This document shows positions 35,882 through 45,807 of a stretch of 64,000 bases of DNA, piece after piece (position 1 is the first letter of the stretch; every line of letters starts with the position of its first letter). The stretch covers positions 9,367 through 73,366 of the forward strand of contig CAZPCN010000011.1 of assembly GCA_964585095.1 (NCBI GenBank), in the 5' to 3' direction. Both the position numbers and the translations under genes were made by a program. Source of the DNA: an uncultured Syntrophaceae bacterium. Lineage in GTDB: Bacteria; Desulfobacterota; Syntrophia; Syntrophales; UBA2192. Below the pieces are notes generated by a model. It searched no databases. It was not told where the DNA came from and was given only the letters and a program-made list of their open reading frames with translations.

Positions 35882-35917
35882 GGGGAGCAGAAGAGGCCCT
35901 TCTGCTCCCCTTTTTTT
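35882..35917 (+). terminator. intrinsic terminator after pgk
   Basis: The perfect 12-bp stem ggggagcagaag/cttctgctcccc has a 5-nt loop and a T7 run. Confidence 0.85.
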
Positions 35918-36045
35918 ATCTGCTCCGGAAGGAACAGATGAGTGCATCATCCACGGTCCGAGAGGGAGTAACCATGAAACAGGAGAGCATGAAGCATTCT
36001 CCGTGTTCTCATCGGCCGGATTTTCATGTAAGATTCAGCGCAGCG

Positions 36046-36789
36046 ATGAATAGAAATATCAAACTGGTTATCGAATACGACGGGACGGCTTACAACGGCT
36101 GGCAGCGCCAGGCCGACGTCCTCACGATCCAGCAGGTGATGGAGGACACCCTCTCGCGGATCGTCAACGACCGCGTGGTGCTCGTCGCCTCGAGCCGCAC
36201 GGACACGGGCGTTCACGCCCTGAACCAGGTGGCGAACTTCCGGACGTCCACGAAGCTGCCCCTGCGCAACCTCCACCTGGGGGTCAACAGCCTGCTGCCG
36301 CCCGACATCGTGGTGAAGGAGATCGGCGAGGTGCCCTGGGAGTTTCATTCGCAGTTCAATGCCCTGGGCAAGGTCTACCGGTACCGGATCTTCAACCACC
36401 CCGTGCGGACGGCGCTCGAGCGCGACCGGTGCTGGCACGTGCGCAAGCCCCTCGATCTCGAGGCCATGCAGCGCGCGGCGCGGCATGTCCCGGGCACGCA
36501 CGACTTCAACTCCTTCTGCGCGGCGCAATGCGAGGTGGAAGACCGGGTGCGGACCGTAACGGACGCGCGCTTCGAGCGGGAAGAGGGGGGGATGATCGTC
36601 TTCCGGATCGAGGCCGACGGGTTTCTGCGTCACATGGTGCGCAACATCGTGGGGACCCTCGTCGACATCGGCAGGGGGGCGATTCCCGAAGAGGACATGA
36701 CCCGCATCATCGAGGCGAAGGACCGCCGCCTGGCGGGCCAGGCAGCCCCGGCCAGGGGCCTGTGCCTCGTGGAGGTGAGATACGGATGA
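36046..36789 (+). CDS. truA: tRNA pseudouridine(38-40) synthase
   Basis: It carries MNRNIKLVIEYDGTAYNGWQRQ and SRTDTGVHALNQV. The upstream in-frame ATG at 35974 has a better SD, but the stretch between is low-GC and does not look like coding sequence. The start is therefore uncertain. Confidence 0.8.
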   Translation: MNRNIKLVIEYDGTAYNGWQRQADVLTIQQVMEDTLSRIVNDRVVLVASSRTDTGVHALNQVANFRTSTKLPLRNLHLGVNSLLPPDIVVKEIGEVPWEFHSQFNALGKVYRYRIFNHPVRTALERDRCWHVRKPLDLEAMQRAARHVPGTHDFNSFCAAQCEVEDRVRTVTDARFEREEGGMIVFRIEADGFLRHMVRNIVGTLVDIGRGAIPEEDMTRIIEAKDRRLAGQAAPARGLCLVEVRYG

Positions 36790-37640
36790 GAATCCTGGTG
36801 ATGGGCCACAAGGGCATGCTGGGAAGCGACCTCGTGGAGGTTTTGGGCAGGGGCCATGACGTCGCGGGCGTCGACGTGGCCGACTTCGACATCACTTCGG
36901 CGGCGGACTGCGCCCGGGTCGTCAGGGAGTTCCGTCCCGGGACGGTCGTCAACGCCGCCGCCTACACCGACGTGGACGGCTGCGAGACCCACCGCGACGC
37001 CTGCTTTGCCGTCAATGCCGAAGGGGTGAGAAACGTGGCGGAGGCCTGCAGGGCTGCCGGGGCGAAGGCCGTCCATTACAGCACGGACTACGTCTTCGAC
37101 GGGACCAAGGGCGATCCCTATCTCGAGGAAGATCCCTGCAGGCCCATCAACGCCTACGGGGAATCCAAGCGCAAGGGCGAAGAGGCGCTCGTCGAGACCC
37201 TGGAGCGCCACGTGCTGATCCGCACGGCCTGGCTCTACGGACGCCAGGGGAAGAACTTCGTCAAGGCCATCCTGGCCAAGGCCAGGGACGAGGGGACCCT
37301 TCGGGTCGTCGACGACCAGGTGGGTTCCCCCACCTTCACGCTCGACCTGGCGCAGGCCACGAAACTGCTCATCGAACGGGACTGCCTCGGGACGTACCAC
37401 GTGACGAACCGGGGCGTGTGCAGCTGGTACGACTTTGCCCGGCGGATTCTCGAGTACGCCCAGGTGGCGGGGGTGACCGTGGTGCCCATCCGGTCGAACG
37501 AGCTGGACCGGAAGGCCGCCCGCCCGTCCTACTCGGTGCTGAGCAACCGCAAGTTCATGGAGGCGACGCAGAAGACCATGCGGCCCTGGCAGGTCGCCCT
37601 GAACGACTACCTGAGCGGCCAGAGCCACATCCCCAGGTGA
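36786..37640 (+). CDS. rfbD: dTDP-4-dehydrorhamnose reductase
   Basis: The ATG overlaps the truA stop (ATGA). It carries MRILVMGHKGMLG, YSTDYVFDG and YGESKRKGE (YxxxK). It is 284 aa. Confidence 0.85.
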   Translation: MRILVMGHKGMLGSDLVEVLGRGHDVAGVDVADFDITSAADCARVVREFRPGTVVNAAAYTDVDGCETHRDACFAVNAEGVRNVAEACRAAGAKAVHYSTDYVFDGTKGDPYLEEDPCRPINAYGESKRKGEEALVETLERHVLIRTAWLYGRQGKNFVKAILAKARDEGTLRVVDDQVGSPTFTLDLAQATKLLIERDCLGTYHVTNRGVCSWYDFARRILEYAQVAGVTVVPIRSNELDRKAARPSYSVLSNRKFMEATQKTMRPWQVALNDYLSGQSHIPR

Positions 37641-37646
37641 AAAGAA

Positions 37647-37688
37647 GGGTATTGGGGATAGGGTATCGGGTATCGGGTATCGGGTGTG
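37647..37688 (+). repeat. GGGTNNN heptad array, 6 units (gggtatt ggggata gggtatc gggtatc gggtatc gggtgtg)
   Basis: Read directly. It starts 6 nt after the rfbD stop (37638-37640). Confidence 0.9.
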
Positions 37689-37746
37689 GAAAGATTCATG
37701 TTCTCATTGCGCGTTGACTCGTAACGACTGATCTTGCACGAGAGGT

Positions 37747-39531
37747 TTGGATTTGGACCGAAGGATCACCGTGCTTCCCGAGGAGGTTGCCTCGAAAATC
37801 GCCGCCGGCGAGGTCATCGAGCGGCCCTCGTCCATCGTGAAGGAGCTGCTCGAGAACGCCGTCGACGCGGGCGCCACGGATATCGCCATCGACCTGCGGG
37901 GCGGCGGCAAGGAGGCGATCCGGATCGCCGACAATGGCTCCGGCATCGCGCCGCTGGACGTCCCCGTGGCCTTCGAGAGGCATGCCACGAGCAAGATCCT
38001 CACCGTGGAGGACCTCTACGGCGTCCGGTCCTTCGGGTTCCGGGGCGAGGCGCTGCCGAGCATCGCGGCGGTCTGCCGCGTGGAGATGGTCACGCGGCGC
38101 CGCGGCGACGTGGAGGGCACGCGCATCGTCGTCGAGAACGGGGCCGTCCTGGCCAACGAGGCGGTCGGCTGTCCCGAGGGCACGACGATCACCGTGAGCC
38201 GCATCTTCGACACGCTGCCGGTGCGCAAGAAGTTCCTGCGGCAGGACGCCACGGAGCAGGGCCATTGCCTCGACATCATCGTCCGCGTGCTGCTTCCCCA
38301 TGGGCGCGTGAGGGCGACGGTAACGGCGGGGCCCCGGACGCTTCTCGAGGTCCCGCGCACGGAGAGCCTTCGCGACCGGATCGTCCTGCTGCTGGGCAGC
38401 GACCTGCGCAACCATCTCGTCCCGGTAGACGGAAACGCGCCGGGGATGCGCCTCGAGGGGTTCGTGTCGAGGCCCGACTTCACGCGCTCCTCGACGAGGA
38501 GCATGTTCTTCTACGTCAACGGCCGCTATGTCCGGGACGTGCTGCTGTCCCAGGCCGTCATGAACGCCTACCGCAATCTCCTCGAGCCCCGCAAGTACCC
38601 CGCCTGCGCCGTCTTCCTCGAGATGCCGCCCGATACGCTCGACGTCAACGTCCACCCGGCCAAGCTGGAAGTCCGCTTCCGGCGGCCGCAGGACGTGCGG
38701 GAGCTGATCCATCGGGGTCTCGCGGAGGCCCTCTCGGGCGTCAGGCCGACGGCAGGGGCGCATGCGGCGCCCGGCGTTGCGCGCTGGCAGGCGGCCCCCG
38801 GCCGGACCGGGGTGGCCGAGGCCCTGCGGCGCTACAGCCTTTCGGCAGGGACCGCCGCCCGGCCGTTTCCGCCCGCAGGCCCCATTGAGGATGTCCCCCA
38901 TTTCGGTCCGGCTCCCGGGGAGCTGTTCGCGCAGGGGGAGGCCCCGCATCAACCGCTCCTTTTTTCGTCCCTGGACTATCTCGGCCAGGTCGACGGGACC
39001 TACCTCGTCTTCGCGTCATCGGGCGTGATGATCCTGCTCGACCAGCACGCCGCCCACGAGCGGGTCCTCTACGAGACGCTGAAAGCGTCGAAGGGCGCGG
39101 GGATCGAGGTGCAGAGCCTGCTCATTCCCGAGGTCCTGGAGATGAGCCCCGGGGATTTCCAGCGGCTCGCGGCATCGCGGGACCTGCTGCTCGAGGCGGG
39201 CGTCGAGGTCGAGCCCTTCGGCGAGAACACGGCCGTCGTCAAGTCCGTGCCGGCCCTGATGGGCGACACGGACGTGCGGGCCCTGGTGAGGGAAATCCTG
39301 GACGGCATCTCAGACTCGGGAATTCCCCGGGACGAGAAACGCAACCGGATCTTTATCCGGATGGCTTGCCGCGGGGCGATCAAGGCCAACCAGCCTCTCA
39401 CCGACGAGGAGGTGAAGCGCCTGTGCCGAGACCTCGACGGCATCCCCTTCGCCTCCAACTGCCCGCACGGCAGGCCGGTGTTCATCGAGCTGCCCGCAAC
39501 GGTGATCGAGAGGATGTTCAAACGGACGTAA
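37747..39531 (+). CDS. mutL: DNA mismatch repair protein MutL
   Basis: TTG start. It has the GHKL ATPase N-terminus (LPEEVASKIAAGEVIERPSSIVKELLENAVDAGAT) and the C-terminal motif CPHGRP. Confidence 0.9.
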   Translation: MDLDRRITVLPEEVASKIAAGEVIERPSSIVKELLENAVDAGATDIAIDLRGGGKEAIRIADNGSGIAPLDVPVAFERHATSKILTVEDLYGVRSFGFRGEALPSIAAVCRVEMVTRRRGDVEGTRIVVENGAVLANEAVGCPEGTTITVSRIFDTLPVRKKFLRQDATEQGHCLDIIVRVLLPHGRVRATVTAGPRTLLEVPRTESLRDRIVLLLGSDLRNHLVPVDGNAPGMRLEGFVSRPDFTRSSTRSMFFYVNGRYVRDVLLSQAVMNAYRNLLEPRKYPACAVFLEMPPDTLDVNVHPAKLEVRFRRPQDVRELIHRGLAEALSGVRPTAGAHAAPGVARWQAAPGRTGVAEALRRYSLSAGTAARPFPPAGPIEDVPHFGPAPGELFAQGEAPHQPLLFSSLDYLGQVDGTYLVFASSGVMILLDQHAAHERVLYETLKASKGAGIEVQSLLIPEVLEMSPGDFQRLAASRDLLLEAGVEVEPFGENTAVVKSVPALMGDTDVRALVREILDGISDSGIPRDEKRNRIFIRMACRGAIKANQPLTDEEVKRLCRDLDGIPFASNCPHGRPVFIELPATVIERMFKRT

Positions 39532-39536
39532 ATACA

Positions 39537-39575
39537 GGGTTCAGGGGACAGGGTCCAGGGTCCAGGGTACAGGGG
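39537..39575 (+). repeat. GGGTNNN heptad array, 5 units plus GGGG (gggttca ggggaca gggtcca gggtcca gggtaca gggg)
   Basis: Read directly. It starts 5 nt after the mutL stop and abuts the miaA ATG at 39576, so it fills the whole spacer. Confidence 0.9.
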
Positions 39576-40493
39576 ATGGAAGAGAAGCCGAGGATTGTCA
39601 TTGTTCTCGGGCCGACGGCCGTCGGCAAGACGGACCTTTCCCTGGACCTGGCGTCTGAATTCAACGGCGAGATCGTCAGCGCCGATTCCATGCAGGTATA
39701 CCGCCATCTCGACATCGGAACCTCGAAACCCTCGCCGCAGGAGCGCCAGAGGGTCCCCCACCACCTCATCGACGTCGTGAGCCCCGACGAGGAGTTCAGC
39801 GCGGCCCGCTTCCGCGAGACGGCGGGCGGCATCATCGGGGACCTCGAAGGCCGGAAGGCCGTCTTCGTCGTCGGGGGAACGGGACTCTATGTCCGCGCCC
39901 TCACGGGGGGGCTGATCGAAGGCCCCGATGCGGTTCTCCGGAGCAGCTACCGCGAAGCCATGGAGCGGGAGGATCGCGAATGCCTCCACGGCAGGCTCCG
40001 GCAGCTCGATCCCCGGGCGGCCGAGCGGATCCACCCGTGCGACAGGGTCCGGATCGTCCGGGCGCTGGAGACGGTCGAGCTGACCGGGGAGCCGATCTCG
40101 GAGAAGCAGAGGCGACACGGCTTCCGCGACATCCGATACGAGGCCCTCAAGATCGGTCTCTACCGCGACAGGGAGGAGCTGTACCGCCGCATCGACAGCC
40201 GGGCCGCGCAGATGGTCGAGGGGGGCCTGATCGGGGAGACCGAGAAAATTCTAGGCATGGGCTATACAGAAAAACTAAAACCGTTGCAGACACTTGGCTA
40301 CCGATACTTCATCCGGTACTTGAAAGGAGGCATGGCCCTCGAAGAGGCCCTTCGGTCCATGCAGCGCGACACCCGCCACTACGCCCGCCGCCAGATGACC
40401 TGGTTCAGGGGCGAAGGAGGAATCGAGTGGTTTCACCCCGGTGAAGCCGGGGCGATCCGGGAGCGCATCGAGCGATTCCTCCACGGCCGCTGA
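39576..40493 (+). CDS. miaA: tRNA dimethylallyltransferase
   Basis: It has the P-loop GPTAVGKT, SADSMQVYRHLDIGTSKP and RQMTWFR. Confidence 0.9.
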   Translation: MEEKPRIVIVLGPTAVGKTDLSLDLASEFNGEIVSADSMQVYRHLDIGTSKPSPQERQRVPHHLIDVVSPDEEFSAARFRETAGGIIGDLEGRKAVFVVGGTGLYVRALTGGLIEGPDAVLRSSYREAMEREDRECLHGRLRQLDPRAAERIHPCDRVRIVRALETVELTGEPISEKQRRHGFRDIRYEALKIGLYRDREELYRRIDSRAAQMVEGGLIGETEKILGMGYTEKLKPLQTLGYRYFIRYLKGGMALEEALRSMQRDTRHYARRQMTWFRGEGGIEWFHPGEAGAIRERIERFLHGR

Positions 40494-40651
40494 GGACGTG
40501 TCCGCGAGCGGGACGATGGCCTTGAATCCTTGAAAAATCCTTGACTTGAGACTCCCGACCGGATACAAAAACCGCTTATCGGATAGTGGCTTGCCCTGCA
40601 AGGAAAACGGCTTACTTCAGCGATAACAAGAGACACAAACATGGGGGGATC

Positions 40652-43297
40652 ATGGACCTGAATGCACTGCCCAAAGCCTACGAGTCGAAGGATGTGGAGG
40701 CGAAGTGGTACGAGTTCTGGCTCAAGAACAAGTATTTTCACGCCCAGGACGCAAGTGACCGCCCGCCCTTCTGCATCGTCATCCCTCCCCCCAACGTGAC
40801 GGGGATGCTTCACATGGGGCACGCCCTGAACAACACCCTGCAGGACATCATGACCCGCTACCGGCGCATGCAGGGCTACAACGCCCTCTGGATGCCAGGC
40901 ACGGACCATGCGGGGATCGCCACCCAGAACGTGGTCGAGCAGGAACTGGCCAAAACAGGCAAGACGCGGCACGACCTGGGCCGGGAGAAATTCATCGAGC
41001 GCGTCTGGACGTGGAAGGAGAAGTACGGCGGCGTCATCCTGCACCAGCTCCAGCGCCTGGGCTGCTCCTGCGACTGGGAGCGCGAGCGCTTCACCATGGA
41101 CGAAGGGCTCTCCAGGGCGGTGCGGGAGGTCTTCGTGCGGCTCTGGCATGACGGCCTCATCTACAAAGGAGACTACATCGTCAACTGGTGCCCCCGCTGC
41201 CACACGGCCATATCGGACCTGGAGGTGGAGTTCGAGCAGGAGAAGAGCAACCTCTGGCACATCCGCTACCCCTACGCCGACGGCACGGGCGAGATCAGCG
41301 TGGCCACCACGCGGCCCGAGACGATGCTGGGCGACACGGCCGTGGCCGTCAACCCCAACGACCCGCGCTACAAGGACGTCATCGGCAAGAGGGTGATCCT
41401 GCCGCTCGTCAACAAGGAGATCCCCATCATTGCCGACGACTACGTGACCATGGACTTCGGCTCCGGGGCCGTGAAGATCACCCCGGCCTGCGACGCGGCG
41501 GACTTCGCCATCGCCGGGCGCCACAACCTCGAGATCATCAAGATCATGGACGGCAGCGCCGTGATCAACGAAAACGGCGGGATCTACAAGGGGCAGGACC
41601 GCTACGAGGCCCGGAAGAACGTCGTCAAGGATCTCGAGAAGGGCGGCTATCTCATCCGGATCGAGGACTACAGCCACAACATCGGCCGCTGTTACCGCTG
41701 CAAGACGGACGTCGAACCCGCCGTCTCGGCGCAGTACTTCGTCAAGGTCGCCCCCCTGGCCAAGACGGCTATCGCGGCCGTCGTCAAGGGCGACACGAAG
41801 CTCATCCCCTCCATGTGGGATGCCACCTACTTCGAGTGGATGAACAACATCCGCGACTGGTGCATTTCGCGCCAGATCTGGTGGGGCCACCGGATCCCCC
41901 TGTGGACCTGCGAGGGCTGCGGCGAGGTGATCGTGCAGACCGACGACCCGAGCCGCTGCCCTACGTGCGAGGGCACAAAGCTCAAGCAGGAAGAGGACGT
42001 CCTGGACACCTGGTTCAGCTCGGCCCTCTGGCCCTTCACGACATTGGGCTGGCCCGACGACAAGCCGGCCGTCAAGACCTTCTACCCCACGACCCTGCTC
42101 ATCACCGGGTTCGACATCCTGTTCTTCTGGGTGGCGCGCATGATGATGATGGGCCTCTACATCATGAAGGACGTACCCTTCAAGCACGTCTACCTGCACG
42201 CGCTGGTGCGCGACGCGCACGGCGACAAGATGAGCAAGTCCAAGGGCAACATCATCGACCCCCTGGAGATGATCGACAAGTTCGGCGCCGACGCCTTCCG
42301 GTTCACCCTGGCGGCCTTCACGGCCCAGGGGCGCGACATCCGCATGTCCGAGGAGCGGATCGAGGGCTACAAGCACTTCGTCAACAAGATCTGGAACGCC
42401 ACGCGCCTGTGCATGATGAACCTCGAGGGCTACCCCGACGGGCCCGTCACGGTGAAAAAAGAGGACTACTCCCTGGCCGACCGCTGGATCCGGGCGCGGC
42501 TCAACGACACGATCGCCGACGTGACGCAGAGCCTCGACGAATACCGCTTCAACGATGCGGCGGCCCACCTGTACCGTTTCATCTGGCAGGAGTTCTGCGA
42601 CTGGTACCTCGAGCTGATCAAGCCCGTTCTCTACGGCAAGGACAACCCCGCGGCGAGGCTTGCGGCGCAGGAGACGATGATCACCGTGCTGCGATCGAGC
42701 CTCGAGCTCATGCACCCCTTCATGCCCTTCGTGACCGAGGAGATCTGGCAGAAGATCTCGAAGGACGGTCCTTCCATCATGGTGGCAACCTTCCCGACGG
42801 TGGACGAGCGCTTCAAGGACGATACGGCGGAACGGGACATGGGCCTGCTGATGGACATCATCGGCTCGATCCGGAACATCAAGGGCGAGAAGGGCATCTC
42901 CCCCTCGAAGAAGCTCAAGGCCCTGGTGACGACGGAAGAGAAGGACCTGCTGCCGCTGCTGCAATCGGGGGTGGGCTACGTGGTCAACCTGGCCCGCCTG
43001 GAGAGCCTCACCATCGTCTCCGCCGGGGAGGAGCCCAAGGACGCCGCAACGGGTGTCGCAGGCCCCGTGAAGGTCTTCGTCATCCTCGAAGGCCAGCTCG
43101 ACAAATCGGGCGAAAAGGCACGCCTGGAGAAGGAGATGGCCAAGGTCGAGAAGGAGCTCGCCCAGGTGAACCGCAAGCTCGAGAACCCCGACTTTTGGCA
43201 GAAGGCGGCCCAGGCCGTCATCGACAAGGAGGAGGCGAAGGCGAGGGCGCTCAACGAGCGGTATGATATTCTGCAGGAGGCCCTGAAGAAGCTGTAA
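40652..43297 (+). CDS. valS: valine--tRNA ligase
   Basis: The start is the ATG at 40652. It carries PPPNVTGMLHMGHALN, DKMSKSKGN and a C-terminal coiled coil. It is 881 aa. Confidence 0.95.
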   Translation: MDLNALPKAYESKDVEAKWYEFWLKNKYFHAQDASDRPPFCIVIPPPNVTGMLHMGHALNNTLQDIMTRYRRMQGYNALWMPGTDHAGIATQNVVEQELAKTGKTRHDLGREKFIERVWTWKEKYGGVILHQLQRLGCSCDWERERFTMDEGLSRAVREVFVRLWHDGLIYKGDYIVNWCPRCHTAISDLEVEFEQEKSNLWHIRYPYADGTGEISVATTRPETMLGDTAVAVNPNDPRYKDVIGKRVILPLVNKEIPIIADDYVTMDFGSGAVKITPACDAADFAIAGRHNLEIIKIMDGSAVINENGGIYKGQDRYEARKNVVKDLEKGGYLIRIEDYSHNIGRCYRCKTDVEPAVSAQYFVKVAPLAKTAIAAVVKGDTKLIPSMWDATYFEWMNNIRDWCISRQIWWGHRIPLWTCEGCGEVIVQTDDPSRCPTCEGTKLKQEEDVLDTWFSSALWPFTTLGWPDDKPAVKTFYPTTLLITGFDILFFWVARMMMMGLYIMKDVPFKHVYLHALVRDAHGDKMSKSKGNIIDPLEMIDKFGADAFRFTLAAFTAQGRDIRMSEERIEGYKHFVNKIWNATRLCMMNLEGYPDGPVTVKKEDYSLADRWIRARLNDTIADVTQSLDEYRFNDAAAHLYRFIWQEFCDWYLELIKPVLYGKDNPAARLAAQETMITVLRSSLELMHPFMPFVTEEIWQKISKDGPSIMVATFPTVDERFKDDTAERDMGLLMDIIGSIRNIKGEKGISPSKKLKALVTTEEKDLLPLLQSGVGYVVNLARLESLTIVSAGEEPKDAATGVAGPVKVFVILEGQLDKSGEKARLEKEMAKVEKELAQVNRKLENPDFWQKAAQAVIDKEEAKARALNERYDILQEALKKL

Positions 43298-43300
43298 TCA

Positions 43301-43335
43301 GGGTTCAGGGGCCAGGGTTCAGGGTACAGGGGAGA
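43301..43335 (+). repeat. GGGTNNN heptad array, 5 units (gggttca ggggcca gggttca gggtaca ggggaga)
   Basis: Read directly. It starts 3 nt after the valS stop and ends 6 nt before the nadC ATG. Confidence 0.9.
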
Positions 43336-43341
43336 ATCGGA

Positions 43342-44184
43342 ATGCTGGAGATGGAGGCCGTCAGGAAGATCATCCGCCGGGCCCTCGAGGAGGACATCCG
43401 CTCGGGGGACGTGACGACGGCGTATGTTCTCACGGGGGCCGAGAAGGGCACGGCGAAGGCCCTGGCCAAGGAAGACCTTGTCGTGGCCGGCCTCGACGTG
43501 TTTCGCGAAGTCTTCCGGATACGTGATGCGGGAATCCTTTTCCGGACGGCGCTGAAAGACGGGGACCGCGTCCCTCGGGGGACCGTCCTGGCCGTCGTGC
43601 AGGGATCGCTGGCCGGCATCCTCACGGCCGAGCGGGTCGCCCTGAACCTGTTCCAGCGGATGTGCGGGGTGGCCACCCTGACAAGGCAGTTCGTCGACGC
43701 CGTGGCCGGCACGAAGGCCTCGATCCTCGACACGCGAAAGACCATGCCGGGCCTGCGCGTGCTCGACAAGTACGGCGTGCGGGTCGGAGGCGGGCGCAAT
43801 CACCGCTACGGGCTCTATGACGGGGTCCTGATCAAGGACAACCACATCGAGGCGGCCGGCGGCATCGGAAAGGCGGTTCGCCGGGTGCGGGACAAGTCCC
43901 CGCTGCTGGCGAGGGTCGAAGTGGAGGTGAAAGACCTCGCCGAGGTCCGGGAGGCCCTGGCGGCGGGCGCGGACGTGATCATGCTCGACAACATGCCCGT
44001 CGACGCCATGAAGAAGGCCGTGGCGCTCATCGGGGGAAAGGCCCTCGTGGAGGCCTCGGGCAACGTGACCCTTGCCACGGTGAAGGCGATCGCCGCGACG
44101 GGGGTCGATTTCATCTCCTCCGGGGCGCTCACCCACTCGGCCCGCGCCTCGGACATCTCCCTGAAGGTGAAGAGAAAGGCCTGA
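43342..44184 (+). CDS. nadC: nicotinate-nucleotide pyrophosphorylase (carboxylating)
   Basis: It carries [28 protein letters not shown] and IMLDNM. It is 280 aa. Confidence 0.9.
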   Translation: MLEMEAVRKIIRRALEEDIRSGDVTTAYVLTGAEKGTAKALAKEDLVVAGLDVFREVFRIRDAGILFRTALKDGDRVPRGTVLAVVQGSLAGILTAERVALNLFQRMCGVATLTRQFVDAVAGTKASILDTRKTMPGLRVLDKYGVRVGGGRNHRYGLYDGVLIKDNHIEAAGGIGKAVRRVRDKSPLLARVEVEVKDLAEVREALAAGADVIMLDNMPVDAMKKAVALIGGKALVEASGNVTLATVKAIAATGVDFISSGALTHSARASDISLKVKRKA

Positions 44185-44187
44185 GCG

Positions 44188-44976
44188 ATGGACGTCAACG
44201 TCGAAGAGCTCAGGCGCTATTTCCAGTCGAAGACCATCGGCCGGAGGGTCGAGTTCCGCGAGGAAACCGGATCGACGAACACCGAGGCGCTGCGCCTGGC
44301 CCTCGACGGGACGCCCGAGGGGACCGTCGTCCTGGCCGACGCGCAGTCCCAAGGCCGGGGACGGCTGGACCGTGCCTGGGAATCGCCGCCCTCGAAGAAC
44401 CTCTACCTCTCCGTTGTCCTTCGGCCCGACATCCCCGCCGCGTCGTCGTCGCTCATCCCGCTGATGACCGGCGTAGCCGTCGCGGATGTGGTCTCGCAGT
44501 ACTGCCCGGGGCGGGTGCGGCTCAAGTGGCCCAACGACGTCCTCGTCGGCGGGCGGAAGATCTGCGGCATGCTGACGGAGATGCGGACCAGGGGGAACCG
44601 AGTCCACTTTCTCATTGTCGGCGTCGGGCTGAACGTCAACATGGGTCGACTCGATTTCCCGCGCGAGCTCCGCGAGACGGCCACGTCTTTGAAGATCGAA
44701 ACGGCCTGCGAGCTCGACCGGTTCGACGTTGCCGTACGCCTCTTCGAAGCCCTGGAGCGATGGTACCGCATCTTCCTGGGCGGGGGGCAGGAGGCGATCC
44801 GGGAGACCTGGCTGCGGGTTGCCGACATCGTCGGGAAGCGGGTCGAGGTAGTTTTCAAGGAAACGATCCAGCGGGGCGCCGTCACGGGTCTCGACGAAAA
44901 CGGGGCGCTCCTGCTGGAAGGGGAATCCGGTCCGCAGAGAGTGCTGGCCGGGGATGTCTATATCGAGAGGTTGTGA
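44188..44976 (+). CDS. birA: biotin--[acetyl-CoA-carboxylase] ligase (class I, no HTH domain)
   Basis: It carries [29 protein letters not shown] and GVGLNVN. It is 262 aa. Confidence 0.85.
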   Translation: MDVNVEELRRYFQSKTIGRRVEFREETGSTNTEALRLALDGTPEGTVVLADAQSQGRGRLDRAWESPPSKNLYLSVVLRPDIPAASSSLIPLMTGVAVADVVSQYCPGRVRLKWPNDVLVGGRKICGMLTEMRTRGNRVHFLIVGVGLNVNMGRLDFPRELRETATSLKIETACELDRFDVAVRLFEALERWYRIFLGGGQEAIRETWLRVADIVGKRVEVVFKETIQRGAVTGLDENGALLLEGESGPQRVLAGDVYIERL

Positions 44977-44978
44977 CC

Positions 44979-45749
44979 ATGCTTCTGGCAATCGATGTGG
45001 GAAACAGCAACACCGTCCTGGGGCTCTACGACGGCGACAAGCTCATCTACGACTGGCGCATCCGAACCGTGGCCAACCACACGGTCGACGAGTACGGGAT
45101 GCTGATCGTGAACCTCTACAAGACCGTCAAGACGAGCGCGAGGCCGGTGACCCTGACGGGCATCATCATCTCCTGCGTCGTCCCGCCCATGCTGAACATC
45201 CTGGAGCCCCTCTGCAAGAAGTACTTCGGTCTCAAGCCCCTCATCGTGGAGCCCGGGATCAAGACCGGCATGCCCATCTTCTACGACAACCCGAAGGAGG
45301 TCGGCGCCGACCGGATCGTCAACGCCGTTGCGGCGTACGAGAAATTCAAGACCGAGCTGATCGTCGTGGACTTCGGCACGGCGACCACCTTCGACTACGT
45401 CTCGAAGAAGGGCGAGTACATGGGGGGCTGCATCACGCCCGGCATCGCCATCTCCAGCGACGCGCTCTTCGACAAGGCCTCCAAGCTGCCTCGCGTAGAG
45501 CTCAAGAGGCCCCGGACGATCATCGCGAAGGACACGATCAGCAGCATGCAGGCGGGGATCATGTTCGGCTACGCGGGACTTGTCGACGGGATCGTCGACC
45601 GGATGAAGGCCGAGACCCGCACGAACCCGAAGGTCGTGGCCACGGGGGGGCTCGCCAAGATCATCGCGCCGGAGACCCGAAGCATCGACGTTGTCGACGA
45701 GTTCCTGACCCTCGACGGGCTTCGCATCATCTTCGAGAGGAACAAGTAG
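44979..45749 (+). CDS. coaX: type III pantothenate kinase
   Basis: The ATG at 44979 gives [15 protein letters not shown]. It also carries DFGTATTFD and [11 protein letters not shown]. Confidence 0.9.
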   Translation: MLLAIDVGNSNTVLGLYDGDKLIYDWRIRTVANHTVDEYGMLIVNLYKTVKTSARPVTLTGIIISCVVPPMLNILEPLCKKYFGLKPLIVEPGIKTGMPIFYDNPKEVGADRIVNAVAAYEKFKTELIVVDFGTATTFDYVSKKGEYMGGCITPGIAISSDALFDKASKLPRVELKRPRTIIAKDTISSMQAGIMFGYAGLVDGIVDRMKAETRTNPKVVATGGLAKIIAPETRSIDVVDEFLTLDGLRIIFERNK

Positions 45750-45807
45750 CCCTGCCGACCCGCGCGGCGGGATTCGGCCCGACCGGCGGATAACGGGGGT
45801 GTGTCCC

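Noticed and set aside
35974-36045. A longer truA that starts at the ATG at 35974, which has a good GAGGGA SD.
   Set aside because: The extra 24 codons are markedly AT-richer, with atypical third positions, and add no TruA-like sequence. Homology begins at MNRNIKLVIEYDG. I keep it as an alternative start, not as the call.
37647-37688. The heptad and octamer arrays considered as CRISPR arrays or degenerate CRISPR remnants.
   Set aside because: The period is only 7-8 nt with no spacers. The arrays span 14-42 nt, and no cas genes are present. They are not CRISPR.
40494-40651. A T-box or attenuator leader upstream of valS. The region contains three CCTTGA direct repeats and GGATA repeats.
   Set aside because: I could not recognise a specifier loop, a T-box sequence or a terminator/antiterminator pair. 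T-box control is also not expected in this lineage. The repeats overlap a weak promoter-like region.
40433-42964. Very long antisense or alternate-frame ORFs. Examples are 40433-42964(-), 45727-47973(-), 30061-32277(-), 19635-22358(-), 48916-51090(-), 11227-13308(-), 9897-11498(-), 51861-53540(+), 4200-5780(+) and 5611-7575(+).
   Set aside because: All of them overlap genes with unmistakable family motifs on the other strand or frame. Their products are dominated by R/P/G/A/D/H runs. This is an expected artefact of about 65% GC, where stop codons are rare.
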